Positions 24,998-38,488 of a stretch of DNA of 64,000 nucleotides are shown here, one piece after another. The position numbers were made by a program, and so were the translations under genes. The DNA lies in assembly GCA_951406725.2 (NCBI GenBank), contig OX597815.1:122884001-122948000 (forward strand), in the 5' to 3' direction. Source of the DNA: Octopus vulgaris. Its lineage: Eukaryota. Position 1 is the stretch's first letter, and each line of letters begins with the position of its first letter. The notes under the pieces were generated by a model. The model ran no database searches. It worked only from the letters and a program-made list of their open reading frames with translations, and was not told the DNA's origin.

Positions 24998-25080
24998 ATA
25001 ATTGCTGTCATCCATCACCATATCGTGAAAATGATCAATGTTTTCCTCGGCGGTGGCAGTTGCAGGCCGCCCAGACCTGC
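24998..25080 (-). mobile_element. mariner transposase fragment
   Basis: Manual translation RSGRPATATAEENIDHFHDMVMDD resembles the GRP linker into the second HTH of mariner transposases. Confidence 0.6.
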
Positions 25081-25507
25081 AAATGCAATTCGAAGTTGGT
25101 TTTAATATGGAACAGCACGCAGTTAAACTTCATACTACTTCATAAAGACCTAACAAGCTGAACACTACAAAACCATAAAACTCTACGATAAGGGTGAAAT
25201 ATACACCAGAGATGCTTTTTCCCCTCTCAGAAATTGCAGGAGTTACTCAGAGGTTTCGCAAGCTCTTCTATATGCATTGCAATGCCGGAAATGCTTCCGT
25301 GTCGTCAACAGGTTTCTCAGGGCCACAAGCGTTGAGTTGGATCAAATAACATTGGAAAAGATTAAAATAAATGAGGAAAAAAAAGAAAAACGAACAAATT
25401 TATCTGACAACCCAATACATACCTACATACATACATACATACATACATACATGCATGCATACATACATACATACATACATACATACATACATACATACAT
25501 ACATACA

Positions 25508-25913
25508 TTGTGGGGTCCTGGGATATGTAACACACTGTCTAAATACCAATCTTGAGAAATTAGGATTCTCAAAACCAGAAAGGAGAAAGCTAATTCGAAA
25601 ACTACAGATCCAATCCATCACTGGAACTGTGAAAATCTGTAAAACTTTCCAGAAGTTTATCATTTAAATATATATGAGCATGTCTAGATATGTTACTATA
25701 TGCATGAGAATAACTACATAAAACATACAAATATGCACATACATACATACATACATACATACATACATACATACATACATACATACATACATACATACAT
25801 ACATACATACAAAATACCCTGTTGTTGATATTAAAATTCCAATGAAGGAGCCTTGGATCTAGGTTAAAAACCGGTTCTTTCTCTATTGGCAAGAAATCTT
25901 GAAATAAACTGAA
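25508..25913 (+). mobile_element. 5'-truncated R4/Dong-like element inserted in (TACA)n
   Basis: GVLGYVTHCLNTNLEKLGF...LQIQSITGTVKICKTFQKFII* is homologous to the C-terminus at 18030-18170. (TACA)n lies on both flanks and inside the 3' UTR. Confidence 0.82.
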
Positions 25914-26456
25914 TACATACATACATACATACATACATACATACATACATACATACATACATACATACATACATACATACATTTTTAGGTATGTGCCTTT
26001 ATCAACCAGGGTCATTAGTATATATTTCACGGACAATCGAGAGAAAGAATTGCTTTGAAACCATTAGGTTACAAACAGCCTGGCACAAAGACTTGCGTAG
26101 TAGAAATATAAAAATATGAAATAACATGATGTGTCTACGTGTCTGTAAAGCAGATACGTTGGTGGAAAAGCTACATCTACAACACCAGATATTGTGTCAA
26201 TTGGAATAATAAAATTAAATTAGTTTTCCTCCTTCTTACCGTTGCCAGTTACTTATAACATATCTATGGTTAGTCGATGCGCAATTTACAGCTATTGTTG
26301 TCAGATGTGCACAAGGGTATGTATAAATAAATAGACGCGCAGGTAAAATTACTTCTATGGTGGAAATTTGGAAATAAAATTCTCAGTATTAAGTTTCTAA
26401 CGTCACGAATTTACGTATATATATTGCAACAAAGTCCGACGCCCACGTATCGTATA

Positions 26457-26538
<82 letters not shown>

Positions 26539-26647
26539 GTGCGTGTTGTCCCCACTCCCCTATAATAGTTCATACCCTTTGACTTCAAAACCCCAGGTTT
26601 TATGCCGTCGTATCAAAGTAATATAATTCCCTCGAAATGATAATATA

Positions 26648-26837
26648 TAGTAATCCCTCGCCATATCGCGGACTCAGTACATCGCGGATTTTTCTGGTTA
26701 ATATATGTAATTTATATCGCGGCATCCTCAGTATATCGCGAGTTTCTGTGGCCGATAGGTATTTATATTTTTTAGATTTTAATTATTTCTGTGGGAGGTT
26801 TTGGAACGTAAAACCCACGAAAGTCGAGGGATTGCTA
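26648..26837. mobile_element. Tigger/pogo-type MITE, CpG-intact copy
   Basis: TIR tagtaatccctcg / cgagggattgcta with TA flanks. Second copy at 58442-58643. Confidence 0.85.
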
Positions 26838-27910
26838 TAAATACACTGAAGACAAAATAAGTTTCTAGTAACTTCTAATGTTAATTTTATTAGTATTATC
26901 TTCGGTTGTTGTGTTTTTTTATCATCATAGAGCCATGTGGTGCTACGCAGTTTTCTGTTATCAGTCCATGTACCGCCTACTTAAATACGGGTTTACTTTT
27001 TTCCCTTTCCTTTGTAATATTCAAGAAATTTTAGAAATGTTACATTTGTGTTTAGAATTCATTTTGTGAAGTCTTTCCGCTGTTGCTGCTGACGGTGGTG
27101 ATAGCGACGACGATGACGAAACATTTAAATTGCGCAGTTACGCCTCTTTATGAATCTAACAGTTAGTTTCAGTTCTCTACATCATATGTAAGAGATGTTA
27201 AAAGGTTTAGAAAATATTTCAGAATTAATATTCAATAGAGACAAACTTTTAAAAGTCCGAGAATGTCGAAGATTTCCTAAAGCTAGTGACAACATGTCCC
27301 CTGTTTTAATATATATGATTGTTACTAACTGGTGTTGCATAGAATATCGTTAACGAGAGTAGGTTAGAAGACATGAGTCAAACAAGAAGCCAAGGAGTTG
27401 ATAACCTTTTAAATTAGGACAAAGTTTTCAACGCAGTACTGTTTTATATTTGTAATTAAAGGAGGTTTACTGATGTCGAAATATTTTTTCTTAATCTCTT
27501 ATAGTCAAGAGAGAAGGCAACGCCCTTAATACTTTCGAAACTGCTAGGAAAGAGGGAGACTTCAAATTGAAAACCAGGCCCATTAAAGGCACCCATGATG
27601 CTGGATGATGTTAAGTCGGGTAACAGATTAAACCTGATACCCGAGTTGGCTACGGTGTGATTTGAACTCAGAACGCAAAAACTCGGGAGAAATACTGCGG
27701 AGGCACCCAATCTGACGTTTCTACAGTTCCGTGATTCAACCGTCTTGGATTACTTATTTTTATTTTTTATCGACTCCGAAAGGATGAAAGCCAAATTTAA
27801 TCTCGACGGAATTTGAACTCAGGGCGCAGAAATTCGGCTCAAATACCGCGCGGCATTCTACTCAACACTCTAACGGCCGTGTCAAATCACTACCTGTTAC
27901 ATATATACAC

Positions 27911-27959
<49 letters not shown>

Positions 27960-27990
27960 GGGGGGAGAGAAAGAGAGGGAGAGAGAGAGC

Positions 27991-28027
<37 letters not shown>

Positions 28028-29619
28028 GAAGGTTTGAAAATGCAAAGGTCTTTTAGAGATGTTTATTGACTTGACCGGTTTCACTTCTTTAGAAAAAGAT
28101 TATCAAAAGTAAAATGTAAAGCTTTGTATAAGCTTTGTTGTGTTAAGTACTGGTTATCATAACAGTATTAAAATACAGTTATGCAGTCTCTGATAATGAT
28201 AAGAAAATGCTTAAAACAGTTTACAAGAAAGTATTCAAGAAAGAGACTACAATATTTTCAGTTCAATAAAAATCATGTTTGTTTGGTAGTATATATATAC
28301 AGAAGGAGATATATTTAAGAATTTACAAAAAAATTAGAGGGGAATAACTGAACTGTCTGTCTGACATTTTCTGTCTTGTGTGTGGCTAAGGAATGTTTGC
28401 TATTTTAAGGGGTAGAATGGCAGGCTGGTTAGGGTGGAAGGAAGAACAATGTGGAATCAAAAGAATTTTTTTGCTTCTGGGCTGGTCTGTCATATATATA
28501 TATATATACACTGGGCTTCCATGCAGTTTCTGTTTACCAATTTCAATCACAAGAAATCAGTCACTCCGAGCCTACAGTATGAAGCAGTTTCTCAAGATAC
28601 CACGAAGTGTAATAGAACTGAAGATCATATGGGTACGGAGCAAACTCCGTTTCCACTTAGTCATATCTGCTCTTATATACAAAAAATGTGTGAACGCGTG
28701 TGTAAATGCATGTGTGTACGTGTGTGTGTGTGTATGTATGTGTGTATGTATGTATATATGTATGTGTAGGTGTGAGAGAGAAAGGGGGAAGAGAGAAATA
28801 GTGAGGCGGCTGGCTCCTTCGTCTCAAAATACTTACTAATGATAGAATTACATACAACTATTTCCTCTGATCGGTCAACTGCAAGTAAATAGTTTCTTTA
28901 CCTTAGGCACATAGCCAATTTCTTACAAGGATGAAACAGCTGATATTATTGTTCTTGGTACCTCAGAGAGCATTATTTTTGTGATTCTACGTAGAAGATG
29001 GATAAATTGTAAAGCTTACATCCCTCCAGCTTAACTTGAATTTAGACACAGAAAAATATTAAAATTAAATGAAACAAAACAAATTATGTAGTTTATACTA
29101 AATCTACCCCTTCCCACACCAATGGAGATACACCTGGCCTGGTGACTAACGTGTCAGATTCATGATTATAAGGTCGTCGGTTCAATTCCTGGACCGGAGA
29201 GAGCAAGGCGTTTCATTTCACACTGTTTCAATTTCTTCGGCTGAATATGAGTACTAGTATGGTGCTAATGCAACTCTTTTTACCTCCTGTTCTAACTTCC
29301 TGGATATTCCGCTGGGTGAAGGATGGAAAGTCAAGCGTGTCTGTATCTGCTCATGACTACATGAGCCCCTAAAACAATTAGCGAAAGCATGGTACATGCT
29401 ATCAGGTCATACACACTCGCGAGCGGCGGATGAGATGTACGTGCTTTGGATTGAAAAGGAAATGCGAAAAGTCTACCAAATAGAAATATGGAAATAGAAC
29501 CAGAAAGGCAAATCAGTTGCAGATCCATAGCATCAATTCTCAAACTAACAAATAGCAGTCCCCTTAGCCTCGATTTATTAATTAGAAGATAAAACTGAAT
29601 GTACATCCATATTAGAATA

Positions 29620-30056
29620 GGTAAAGGCATGGCGGTGTAGTTAAGAAGCTTGCTTCTCAGCCATGTGGTTTTGGGTTCAGTCCCACTGCGTGGCATCTTG
29701 GGCAAATGTCTTCTCGTATAGCCTCGGGTCAACCAAAACTTTCTGAGTGAATTAGGTAGACGGAAACTGAAAGAAACCCGCCGTATATGTATGTAAATAT
29801 GCATGTATATGAGTGTTTGAGGTGGTCTCAGGTTGTCTTGATATCACGTGATGGTTCTAAATGAACATCACCGGCATACAAGCAATGTTGTTTGTTTCCA
29901 AACTTCCGTGAAAAAAAAATGTCTGACCATGGGGAAGTATTACCTAGCTTGGAAACAGGAGGGTTGGCAACAGGAAGGGCATCCGGCCATAGAAAATCTA
30001 CCTCAACGAATACCGTCTGACCCATGCAAGCATGAAAATTTGTTTAAAACGATGAT
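29620..30056 (+). mobile_element. SINE with RTE-related 3' tail
   Basis: Head like 7221, then ggttggcaacaggaagggcatccggcc...catgcaagcatg...aaaacgatgat, a tail shared with the RTE 3' ends in this window. Confidence 0.8.
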
Positions 30057-30710
30057 TATCATAATTTTTCTTTTTTGCCGGCAATTCGTCCCCCTCGTTT
30101 TTTATTTTCACAGCTATCCGCCTACACCTATGAGAAACACTGAGCTATAGGTTTGTCATTTTGTAATTTCATCAATTATTTTGTGCTCGTTGTACAAGCA
30201 CTAACTGTTGTTTATCATTATTAGTTCACATATGACGAGGTGCAATCCACCAACAGCAGATAAGAACACAATGTATAGTTTAATGAAGTGGCCATTAGCT
30301 CAGTGTTTCTTATCGTGAGGATTGAAAAGAGCAGATAAATTGTCATGTTTTATATAATACTAACAAACGCACTCGTCCTTTGGACGTTTTAAGTTGCTTT
30401 GGTGGTATTTTTTTCACCAAATAATTGAACTACCGAGAAGGTTTATGAGTAGCGCAGTAATCTATGTTTTCGATTAACCTAGAAACGTAAAATCAAATTG
30501 AAGGCTAGTTATTGTGGATGTCGTTGCACTTTAATGATCATAGAACATATAAGTTTGCAAGCGATGCAAAGTAGAGCTACTGAACTGATTTGGGAGTAAA
30601 TTACGGATAATAATTACAAAGTATAGTTGTTTCACATGAAAGCGAAATTTCTTGTCAGAAACAGCCACATAAATAGTGTAAGGAAATTGAAGGAAGACGT
30701 TAAAACTTAC

Positions 30711-30827
30711 CCCCTGTAGTTCATTTTATTCAACAGCAAAGGGAGCTATTTTATCGGAGAGATAAGCTAACAAAAGTCCCTTTATTCTGTCTTCCCACAT
30801 ATCCTGCGCATACACAAGCAGCGAATG
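30711..30827 (-). other. Candidate exon of an unidentified transcript, possibly holding a start codon (ATG AAC TAC AGG GG at 30724-30711)
   Basis: Minus strand actaatttaactttatgcag acceptor and GG|gtaagt donor. aaaATG is preceded by in-frame stops. No downstream exon found. Confidence 0.3.
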
Positions 30828-31184
30828 CTGCATAAAGTTAAATTAGTATGGAGTTTTCTGAAAGATACATATAGCTTTCGCTAGTGGAAGCAAAACTCTT
30901 AGTTAAAGGTTGATTCTTTAGGACGAATCATATGTGGTTGTTTTAAAAAAAGTCTAGAATGACAATGCTAAAACGTATTTGAAACAATGAACAACAGTCG
31001 AAATATCATAATGGATGGATAAATTCTTAAAGTGAAACAACGCATTGGTAGGTAAACAAATATATCAACAAATAGAAGAGAGGGAAGGAAACATCACCTT
31101 TCAAGTAACTCAGAATAGATAAAGGTAAGCTTGCCAAAGTTTAATGCAGTTTAAATATGGAAATTAATATTATTTGGTATTGGA

Positions 31185-31790
31185 TATTCATCGTGTACGC
31201 TGTTCCTAGTCAATTTAATAACCGTTGCAGATAGAAAGTCAAAATAGACAAAGTCCTTTCATTTTTATAAAAAGATTAAAAAAGTATGGTAGATCCTACA
31301 TAGAAAAAAACTATGTTCATTTATGTCTATTTACGCGGAAGCTCTGGGCAAAATGTTATAGTGCATGACCACCCTTGGGACATAAGTAATGTGTGTGTAT
31401 ATTTTGGTGAAAATCGGTTGAGAATTGTGGAAATGATATATGTTCGACCAATTTTCACCAAACTTTAAACACACATTACTTATGTATGCATTCGGTGTTC
31501 CTAGTCAATTTAATAACCGTCGCAGGTAGACAGACGAAATAAATAAATAGACAAAATCTTTTCACTTTTATAAAAAGATTAAAAAAGTATGGCAGACCCT
31601 ACATACAAAAAAACTATGTATATTTACATCCATTTACATGGGAGCTCTGGGAAAAATGTTATAGTGCATGACCATCCTCGGGACATAAGTAATGTGTGTG
31701 TGTAAAGTTTGGTGAAAATCGGCTGAGAATTGTGGAAATGTATATGTTAGTCATTATACACACACATACTGGGATTTATATATACTAGAT
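31185..31790 (+). mobile_element. Helentron-associated (HINE/DINE-like) element with about 250-bp internal duplication and a short inverted spacer
   Basis: 31190-31445 is repeated at 31490-31748. 31447-31485 is the reverse complement of the unit end. The element ends acacacat...ttatatatactagat. Family call is by resemblance only. Confidence 0.55.
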
Positions 31791-31867
31791 GATTTTAACC
31801 CTCATAAACTTATCCAGAACTATGGCTAAGAAAATATGATGATATGTATATATTATATATATATATA

Positions 31868-32375
31868 TCATCATCATCATCATCATCATCATCGTTTAAC
31901 GTCCGTTTTCCGCGCTAGCACGGGTTGGACGGTTCGACCGGGGTCTGGGAAGCCAGGGGCCGCTCCAGGCTCCAGTCTGATCTGGCAGAGTTTCTACGGC
32001 TGGATGCCCTTCCTAACGCCAACCACTCCGTGAGTGGAGTGGGTGCTTTTACATGCCACCTGCACAGGGGCCGGGGGGTCCGGCATCGGTCACGATCGGT
32101 TCGAGCTTTTAACGTGCCAGCGGCACGGGGGCAACGGGATCCGGGGTACTTTGAATGGGTAGGGGGTATGTGGAATTGCTGCAGAAAGCAGCCCGGGTCT
32201 TTGCAGTCACAGCATATCTCCAGAGATCTCGGTCCTTCGCCATTGCCTCAGTGAGGCCCAATGCTCTGAGGTCATGCTTGACTATCTCATCCCATGTCTT
32301 CCTGGGTCTACCTCTCTCCCTGATACCTTCAACTGTTTGGGAGTGGCACTTCTTCACACATCTCTCTTCATCCAT
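31868..32375 (-). mobile_element. RTE LINE 3' end with (GAT)n tail
   Basis: MDEERCVKKCHSQTVEGIRERGRPRKTWDEIVKHDL...AKDRDLWRYAV, then 3' UTR and (CAT)n on the plus strand. Confidence 0.92.
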
Positions 32376-32376
32376 C

Positions 32377-32413
<37 letters not shown>

Positions 32414-34767
32414 CCATATTTGCCGGCACATTGGACACACTCTCACATAAGACACATCCCTATTTTAGAAGGGTATCTTGTGGAAAAAAACAATTTTAGT
32501 ATGTTTCATCATACACTTATTGAAAGATATTTTAAAGAGGTTTTGTAGTGAAAATTGTATGATTCTGTGCATGAAATACAATATTGTGACAGTGTACTGG
32601 AATAAAGCATGAAATCATATGTAGCTTTACACTCACCTTTAAAGGAAACTGAATTAAATTTGCCATAGCAAAAAAGAAATATACATTGGTATCAATGATT
32701 CCTGGTACATACAAACAAAAAGCAAATACACTGATAAAAACTGGTACAAACCAATGAGCAATGTACAATAAATGAGATAAATTCCTATAGATAATTACAA
32801 TTGCTCATTCTCACTGTCGCCATCCGTATTACCAGTGCTCTCTTCATCAATAGGATCTGGGTCATCAATATCTTCTTCAAACAATAAATTATCCTCAGTA
32901 CCATCAAGGGCATTACTAATGCCACATTTTTAAATGGTTTCACAACTATCTCTTCTTTTACAGCATTCCATGAACTTTTTACCCACTCACGCATTTATGT
33001 AATAGTAAGCCTCTTCCTTCTTTGTCTTTGTTGTCACTTCAAAATCTGAAGACTGCATCCACTTGCTCCCTCGTTAATCTTTTAAATGGTTTATTAATTG
33101 AAACATTTAAAGCCTGTAACTGACTGGTTAGGCTGCCTGAAATTACAGCTGAGTCTTCAGTTCTCCAAGTTTCCTCTTAATAAACTCAGTTCTATGAGCC
33201 CGAAACTGGTCCCAAACTAATAAGGCAGGTTTCCTTAATAGCCCATCAAGATGCCTGGACCACATTTTATCAAGTCACAATATTATTCTTTCCACATCCA
33301 TCCAGCCTTTTGGGTGGACATGAATAAAAATGCCACTGGGTATCCTTTCTTTAGACAATGACTTTCCTTTAAAATTTAAGAAGGTGACAGTTTTATGCAT
33401 CCAGTGCAGCATGATAATGCAACTGTGAGGTGTGTCTTTTCATGGCCACATGTTTTAGTAGTCAGTTTTAGTACCCTTGCTTTCTACCGTCTTGTTTAAT
33501 GGCACATTAACATCAAAAAGACTTCGTCAATATTTGCTATCCGTGTAAGTTCAAAATTAACTTCTTTTTCTGCATTAATGACATACCTGTGAAACTTAAG
33601 TATTTGATCTTCGTATTCAGGGGACGTTTATTGTGCCATTCTTATCCTAGCCCTCACACAGGTTATTTCTCCTCATAAATCTGGAACAGCATGATGTTGA
33701 TCCTTTAAAACCATTGGTATATCTGTCCATTGCTATAAGTCTTGAATGGTACATAATAATTTTAGTGGATAGGGAAAAGCCCGATCTTCTTTGGTCTAAA
33801 ACCCATTTTCTAAATTCTTCTAGTTCAGACTACTTTACAACTCCCATATGGAGGCAGGCAATATTTGTTAAGTTTAGCAGCTTTCAGCTGCTCTTCTTGT
33901 TTCTTCCAAGTCCTTACCATTTCCTTGGTTGGTGGACCAAAATACTGCACAGCTGCCCTATTACCATGGTCTTTTCCATATGCTAAAGCATCTAGTTTAA
34001 ATATAATGCTTTAACAATGAGGTTTTTGTTTTTCAGCCATGGGTTTGGAGTCTGTACGAAATTTACTGAAGACAAACTTACTGGTATGCTATGGGAAGCA
34101 GTACCCCAACTCTTGCCTCCTCTCAGATTAGCTGTATAGTTATTTATATTTTGGGCAATAGAGTTGATGTACAGGATTTCTAGATGTGATGTTTTGTGTT
34201 ACCGTGACAGGCCACAATGTGGAAAATAAAGAAAAAAAGACTAAAGAAGCCAAACACGAATGACCAAGAAAGAGAAATGACAGGAAGGAGGTGCTGCTGT
34301 AAAAGCAAAGCCCCTGACACATCATCTGATCTGATCATTGCAAATTACTGCCGGGCGGATGAAAGTTTATTAACATTCCTTTCAAATTTTTGAGAACATT
34401 TTTTAGTTAGATAAATGATCAAATGTTTCTTAAAGGTAACCCAGTCATTAAATAATGTAATACATATATCAGGTGTGGGTTATGTATGCTGAGAAAGGAG
34501 GTAAATTAGATGATGTGAGCTTCCCAGACTGTGATAATCCAGCTAGTTTTCAATATTTTATTAATAGTAACACAATTTACTGTAATAATTTGGCTTGTTT
34601 ACATTATTTTATTACTAGCAACAATTTTCGTGCCTAGGGAACTTACCCAGTATTCTTGTTCAGCTCCCTAGCCTAGGGCACTTGCTCTCCCATCCGTAAT
34701 ATGGCCACATTAGACGTAGAGCAATAAGAAAATAAGAAAAGCACGTCCAATCTGCCAGCACATAGGG
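32414..34767 (-). mobile_element. Full-length decayed pogo-superfamily DNA transposon (Brinker-type DBD plus DDE_1; POGK/Passer-like)
   Basis: TA-flanked TIRs ccatatttgccggcacattggac / gtccaatctgccagcacataggg. Frameshifted translation gives KLDALAYGKDHGNRAAVQYF, GHEKTHLTVAL, HPKGWMD, LLVWDQFRAH, LTSQLQALNVSINKPFK, WVKSSWNAV, KCGISNALDGTED. Confidence 0.9.
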
Positions 34768-34771
34768 TATA

Positions 34772-34821
<50 letters not shown>

Positions 34822-36367
34822 TATATATGTATGTATTTATGTATGTATGTATGTGTGTGTATCATGAGAGAGAGCGAGAAAGGTAGAACGAAATAAGTGT
34901 AAGTCTGTCAATACAGCACAACAGAGAGAGGGGGGGGGAGAGATACAGAATTAAATGTTTCAAGAAAAAGAAACAGGTTGTTATTGAGCATGTTTGATCA
35001 TTGTAGAAAGCTTCTGCTGAAGGATCTATTTCATCTTCACTTAGGTTGTTACTCGACAGCATAGCAATGGATAATGACTAGTATATATAAAAGCCAATGT
35101 ATATATGTATATATATTCTGAAACTCTGCATAGTTGTGGGTCTAGGACAATGTACTTTTTTTCTCTGATTTTTGTCCTTTTCAATTCCTAAAGGGAAACT
35201 AAGACTTCTGTATATCCATAAACATCACACTGGTAAAATTTACTGATTAGAAAAGTAAGCCATTTAGAGTAATTAAGTGAATTAATTCAATATTAGACAT
35301 GGGGGAAAGTATGTTTTCTTAGACAACAGAAAAGTTCAAGAATAAAATTTTAGTCTCCCAACAATATGGTTTTGGGTTCAATCCCACTGTCTTCTATAAT
35401 AATCTTGGGCACTGATCAAAGCCTTGTAAGTGGATTTGATAACTGGAAACTGAAAGAAACCTGTCATATACATATATGTGTTTGTACTTTCTTGTCTTGA
35501 AATCATGTGAAGGTTTGTAAACAAGCCCCATCGTTTTTACAAGTGTGATGTTTGTTTTCAACCTTTTGTAAAAACAAGTCCGGCTATGGTGAAACATTAC
35601 CTTGTTTAATAAAGGTAAGGTAACAGGAAGGGCATCTGGCTGTAGAAAATCTACCTTAACCAATTCCCTCTGATTCATACAAGTATGGAGAAGTCGACAT
35701 TAAAAAATCAGGATAATGTTGTATGCATGTATTTTTATGGAGATCAACATGAACTCCTTACATACAATAGATTTGAACGAACCAACATTCTTAATTTAAC
35801 TGTCAATTGCAAGTATCTTTTAAAAGCAATTTATCCAAAATACAGCAAAATCATGTGACTGCATTTTGAATATTAACTAACCTAAGCAAGATCAAGTATG
35901 ACTCCTAGTATATAAATAAGTCAAATAGTTTATTAACATAATCATATTTTAAATAAATTAGCAGCCTTAATGCTTCAAAATATTTTAATAATTTCACCAC
36001 CATTGTTTAACGTCCAGTTTTCTATGCCTGCATGGATCAGACAGAATTTGCTGAACCAAATTTTCTTCTTATGGCCAACCCTCACCTATTTTCAAGCAAG
36101 TAAATTTCCCCTGTGGCTGGACATGTTTTCAAATCAGATTGGAAACAAAGGACACAATTTGTATGACAGTAATACACATTTATGGCTATTGTGTGATGTC
36201 AAAATACAACATACACACACTATGGGCTGCTTTCAGTTTCTGTCTACAAATTTCACTCATAAGGATTTGGCTGACAAAGGCTTGCAGTACAGAAAATACT
36301 TGCCAAGGTGCCATGCCATAGATGGGACTGAGCCAAAAACCATATGGTTGGGAAGAGAACTTCTTAA

Positions 36368-36588
36368 CCCTTTTGATACCAACCCAGCTGAAACCGGCTC
36401 TGGCTCTGTAGTACAAATGTCTTGTTTTCTTAAGTTTTGATTTAAAATCTTCTACTAAACCTTAATCACAATTTATGTTCATAACACTAGCTAATGATAA
36501 CTAAGTTATTTTACTAAATTCTTTGTTATATTTAAAATTAAGTGAAAGAAACACAGAATATATCAACAGAAATATGGTAACAAAAGGG
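36368..36588. mobile_element. piggyBac-type MITE, 221 bp, inserted in a SINE
   Basis: TTAA on both sides. TIR cccttttgatacca / tggtaacaaaaggg. Confidence 0.9.
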
Positions 36589-38198
36589 TTAATGACAACT
36601 TTTAAAATAACTTATTTTTAAGTAAAATTTAAAACACAGCCTAAAGAAACAACATTTAACAAAAGACAAACCTGTCATGTATCTAACTGATCACTCACTA
36701 GTGATATATAACAATTCAGGCTTTTACAACAGTTATTTCAGTACAAATACTAAGCTAGGTTAAAATTCTTGGCTGCTTATCATAAGGTTGAGGAGAATAT
36801 ATATAAACTAGCATCATGATTTCATGCCAAAATGAAAAGAAGAATCCTGTAGGAATGTTTATCATATTATGTTTTGGAAAGTAACAGAGCAGACAGAACT
36901 CAAAAGATATTGGATAGGAGCGCAATGGTACCAAATTGATAAAATTACATTTAGCTATAAGTATTACTACTGAACCAATTGGACCTAACTGAACTGATAC
37001 AATGAAACAGATAACATAAAATATATAGTCTAATTCTCAAGGTACCATTCAATAACAGTTTTATATATATATATATATATACCGGCCTAGAACATGGACT
37101 TTAAATGATTAAACACACATACACATTTCAGACTGCAGTCATGCTGGAGCATATATTTCATCTTTAAATTTGGTTTGCAAATTCTCAATGTGAACTTGAA
37201 ACAGATTTTTTGGTATTTAGTGAGGGTCACTATGCTAATAAACACACACACTGGGCCTGTTCACCTCTTTTATTACTTTCGGTCAGTTAGTTAACATTTA
37301 ACCAGTTAATAAATTGATCCATCAACTACATTTATCGAAGTCCTTTTCTTGTCATTTGCAACCTCATCAATGGCATGCCTTCTCTACACCAAGTCTGCTT
37401 CAGGTGTATCTACACACACACACACGTGAACTATCAGATTTCTATGAGCAGCTTAGGCAGAAAAATCATGAATTCTCAATGACTTTAGGTAAGATTTGAA
37501 CAACATCAAACAACAAATTGGTGAACTTGTTTTTCAATATGCTTTTGGTTCTTGTTTTGAAAAGTATATTACTGGTTTATATTTCATCAATTGTCAGCAA
37601 TTAAGTACCAATAATATCTAACTTGAGATGTATCAAACACCAGATTAGATAGATTTGTTTAATCTACTGTTTCCAAAGCTTAACCCTAACTAATCTTATA
37701 AATAAATCAAACTTGGTATGTTAGCATTTCATAAAGTAAATTTAGTCACTGGAATTAATGAGACCAAAGTTTATGTTAATGCACACAATATAAATTCTAC
37801 AATTTATAGACACAGATATTGCTGTGGGGTTCAGAAGTTTACTTCCTAAACACATAATTTTGGGGTCAGTTTCAGTGCATAGCACTTTGAGCAAGTGCCT
37901 ACTACCAGGGTCCTGAGCAGAGCAAGGCTTTGTGAGTGGATATGGTAGACAGTAACTGAAAGAAACCTGTCACAAATATATACAGGCATACATATGTGTG
38001 TGTGTGTGAGCCTAGTCATGTTGTTGATGACAGGAAAGTCATCTCACCTTAGAAAATCCATCTCAACAAATTCCATCTGATCCATGCAAGCATAGAAAAA
38101 TGAATGTTAAAACAATGATGACGATATATATATATATATATTACGGAGATGTACTTGCATAGCGAGTGACTTGATCTGAGATCGTGTGCTGGAACGAA

Positions 38199-38488
38199 AA
38201 CAATTGCAGCGTGGAAGGTGTTTATAAGCCATTTAAGAAACACACAAAAAGCATTAGATTCACTTTAACATTTAAATTTAATTTGTCAAAATATTTTTGT
38301 CGCTTTGAGACTGCGATCTGTTCTCTGACAAAATTCTGTGCTGCATCAGCACGAAGTTTTGTCAGCGAACAGGTCGCGGTCTCAAAGCGACAAAAATATT
38401 TTGACAAATTAAATTTAAATGTTGAAGTGAATCTAACGGTTTTTGTGTGTTTCTTAAATGGCTTATAAACACCTACGCTGCAATTGTT
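38199..38488. repeat. About 290-bp near-perfect palindrome, 3-nt loop at 38344-38346, between (TA)n tracts
   Basis: Arms of about 143 bp. The two overlapping ORFs in the ORF track translate almost identically on both strands (VYKPFKKHTK...FKFNLSKYFCRFETA). Confidence 0.97.

Noticed and set aside
34862-35062. ORF MLSSNNLSEDEIDPSAEAFY
   Set aside because: No donor site, runs into low-complexity sequence, and no known homolog recognised.
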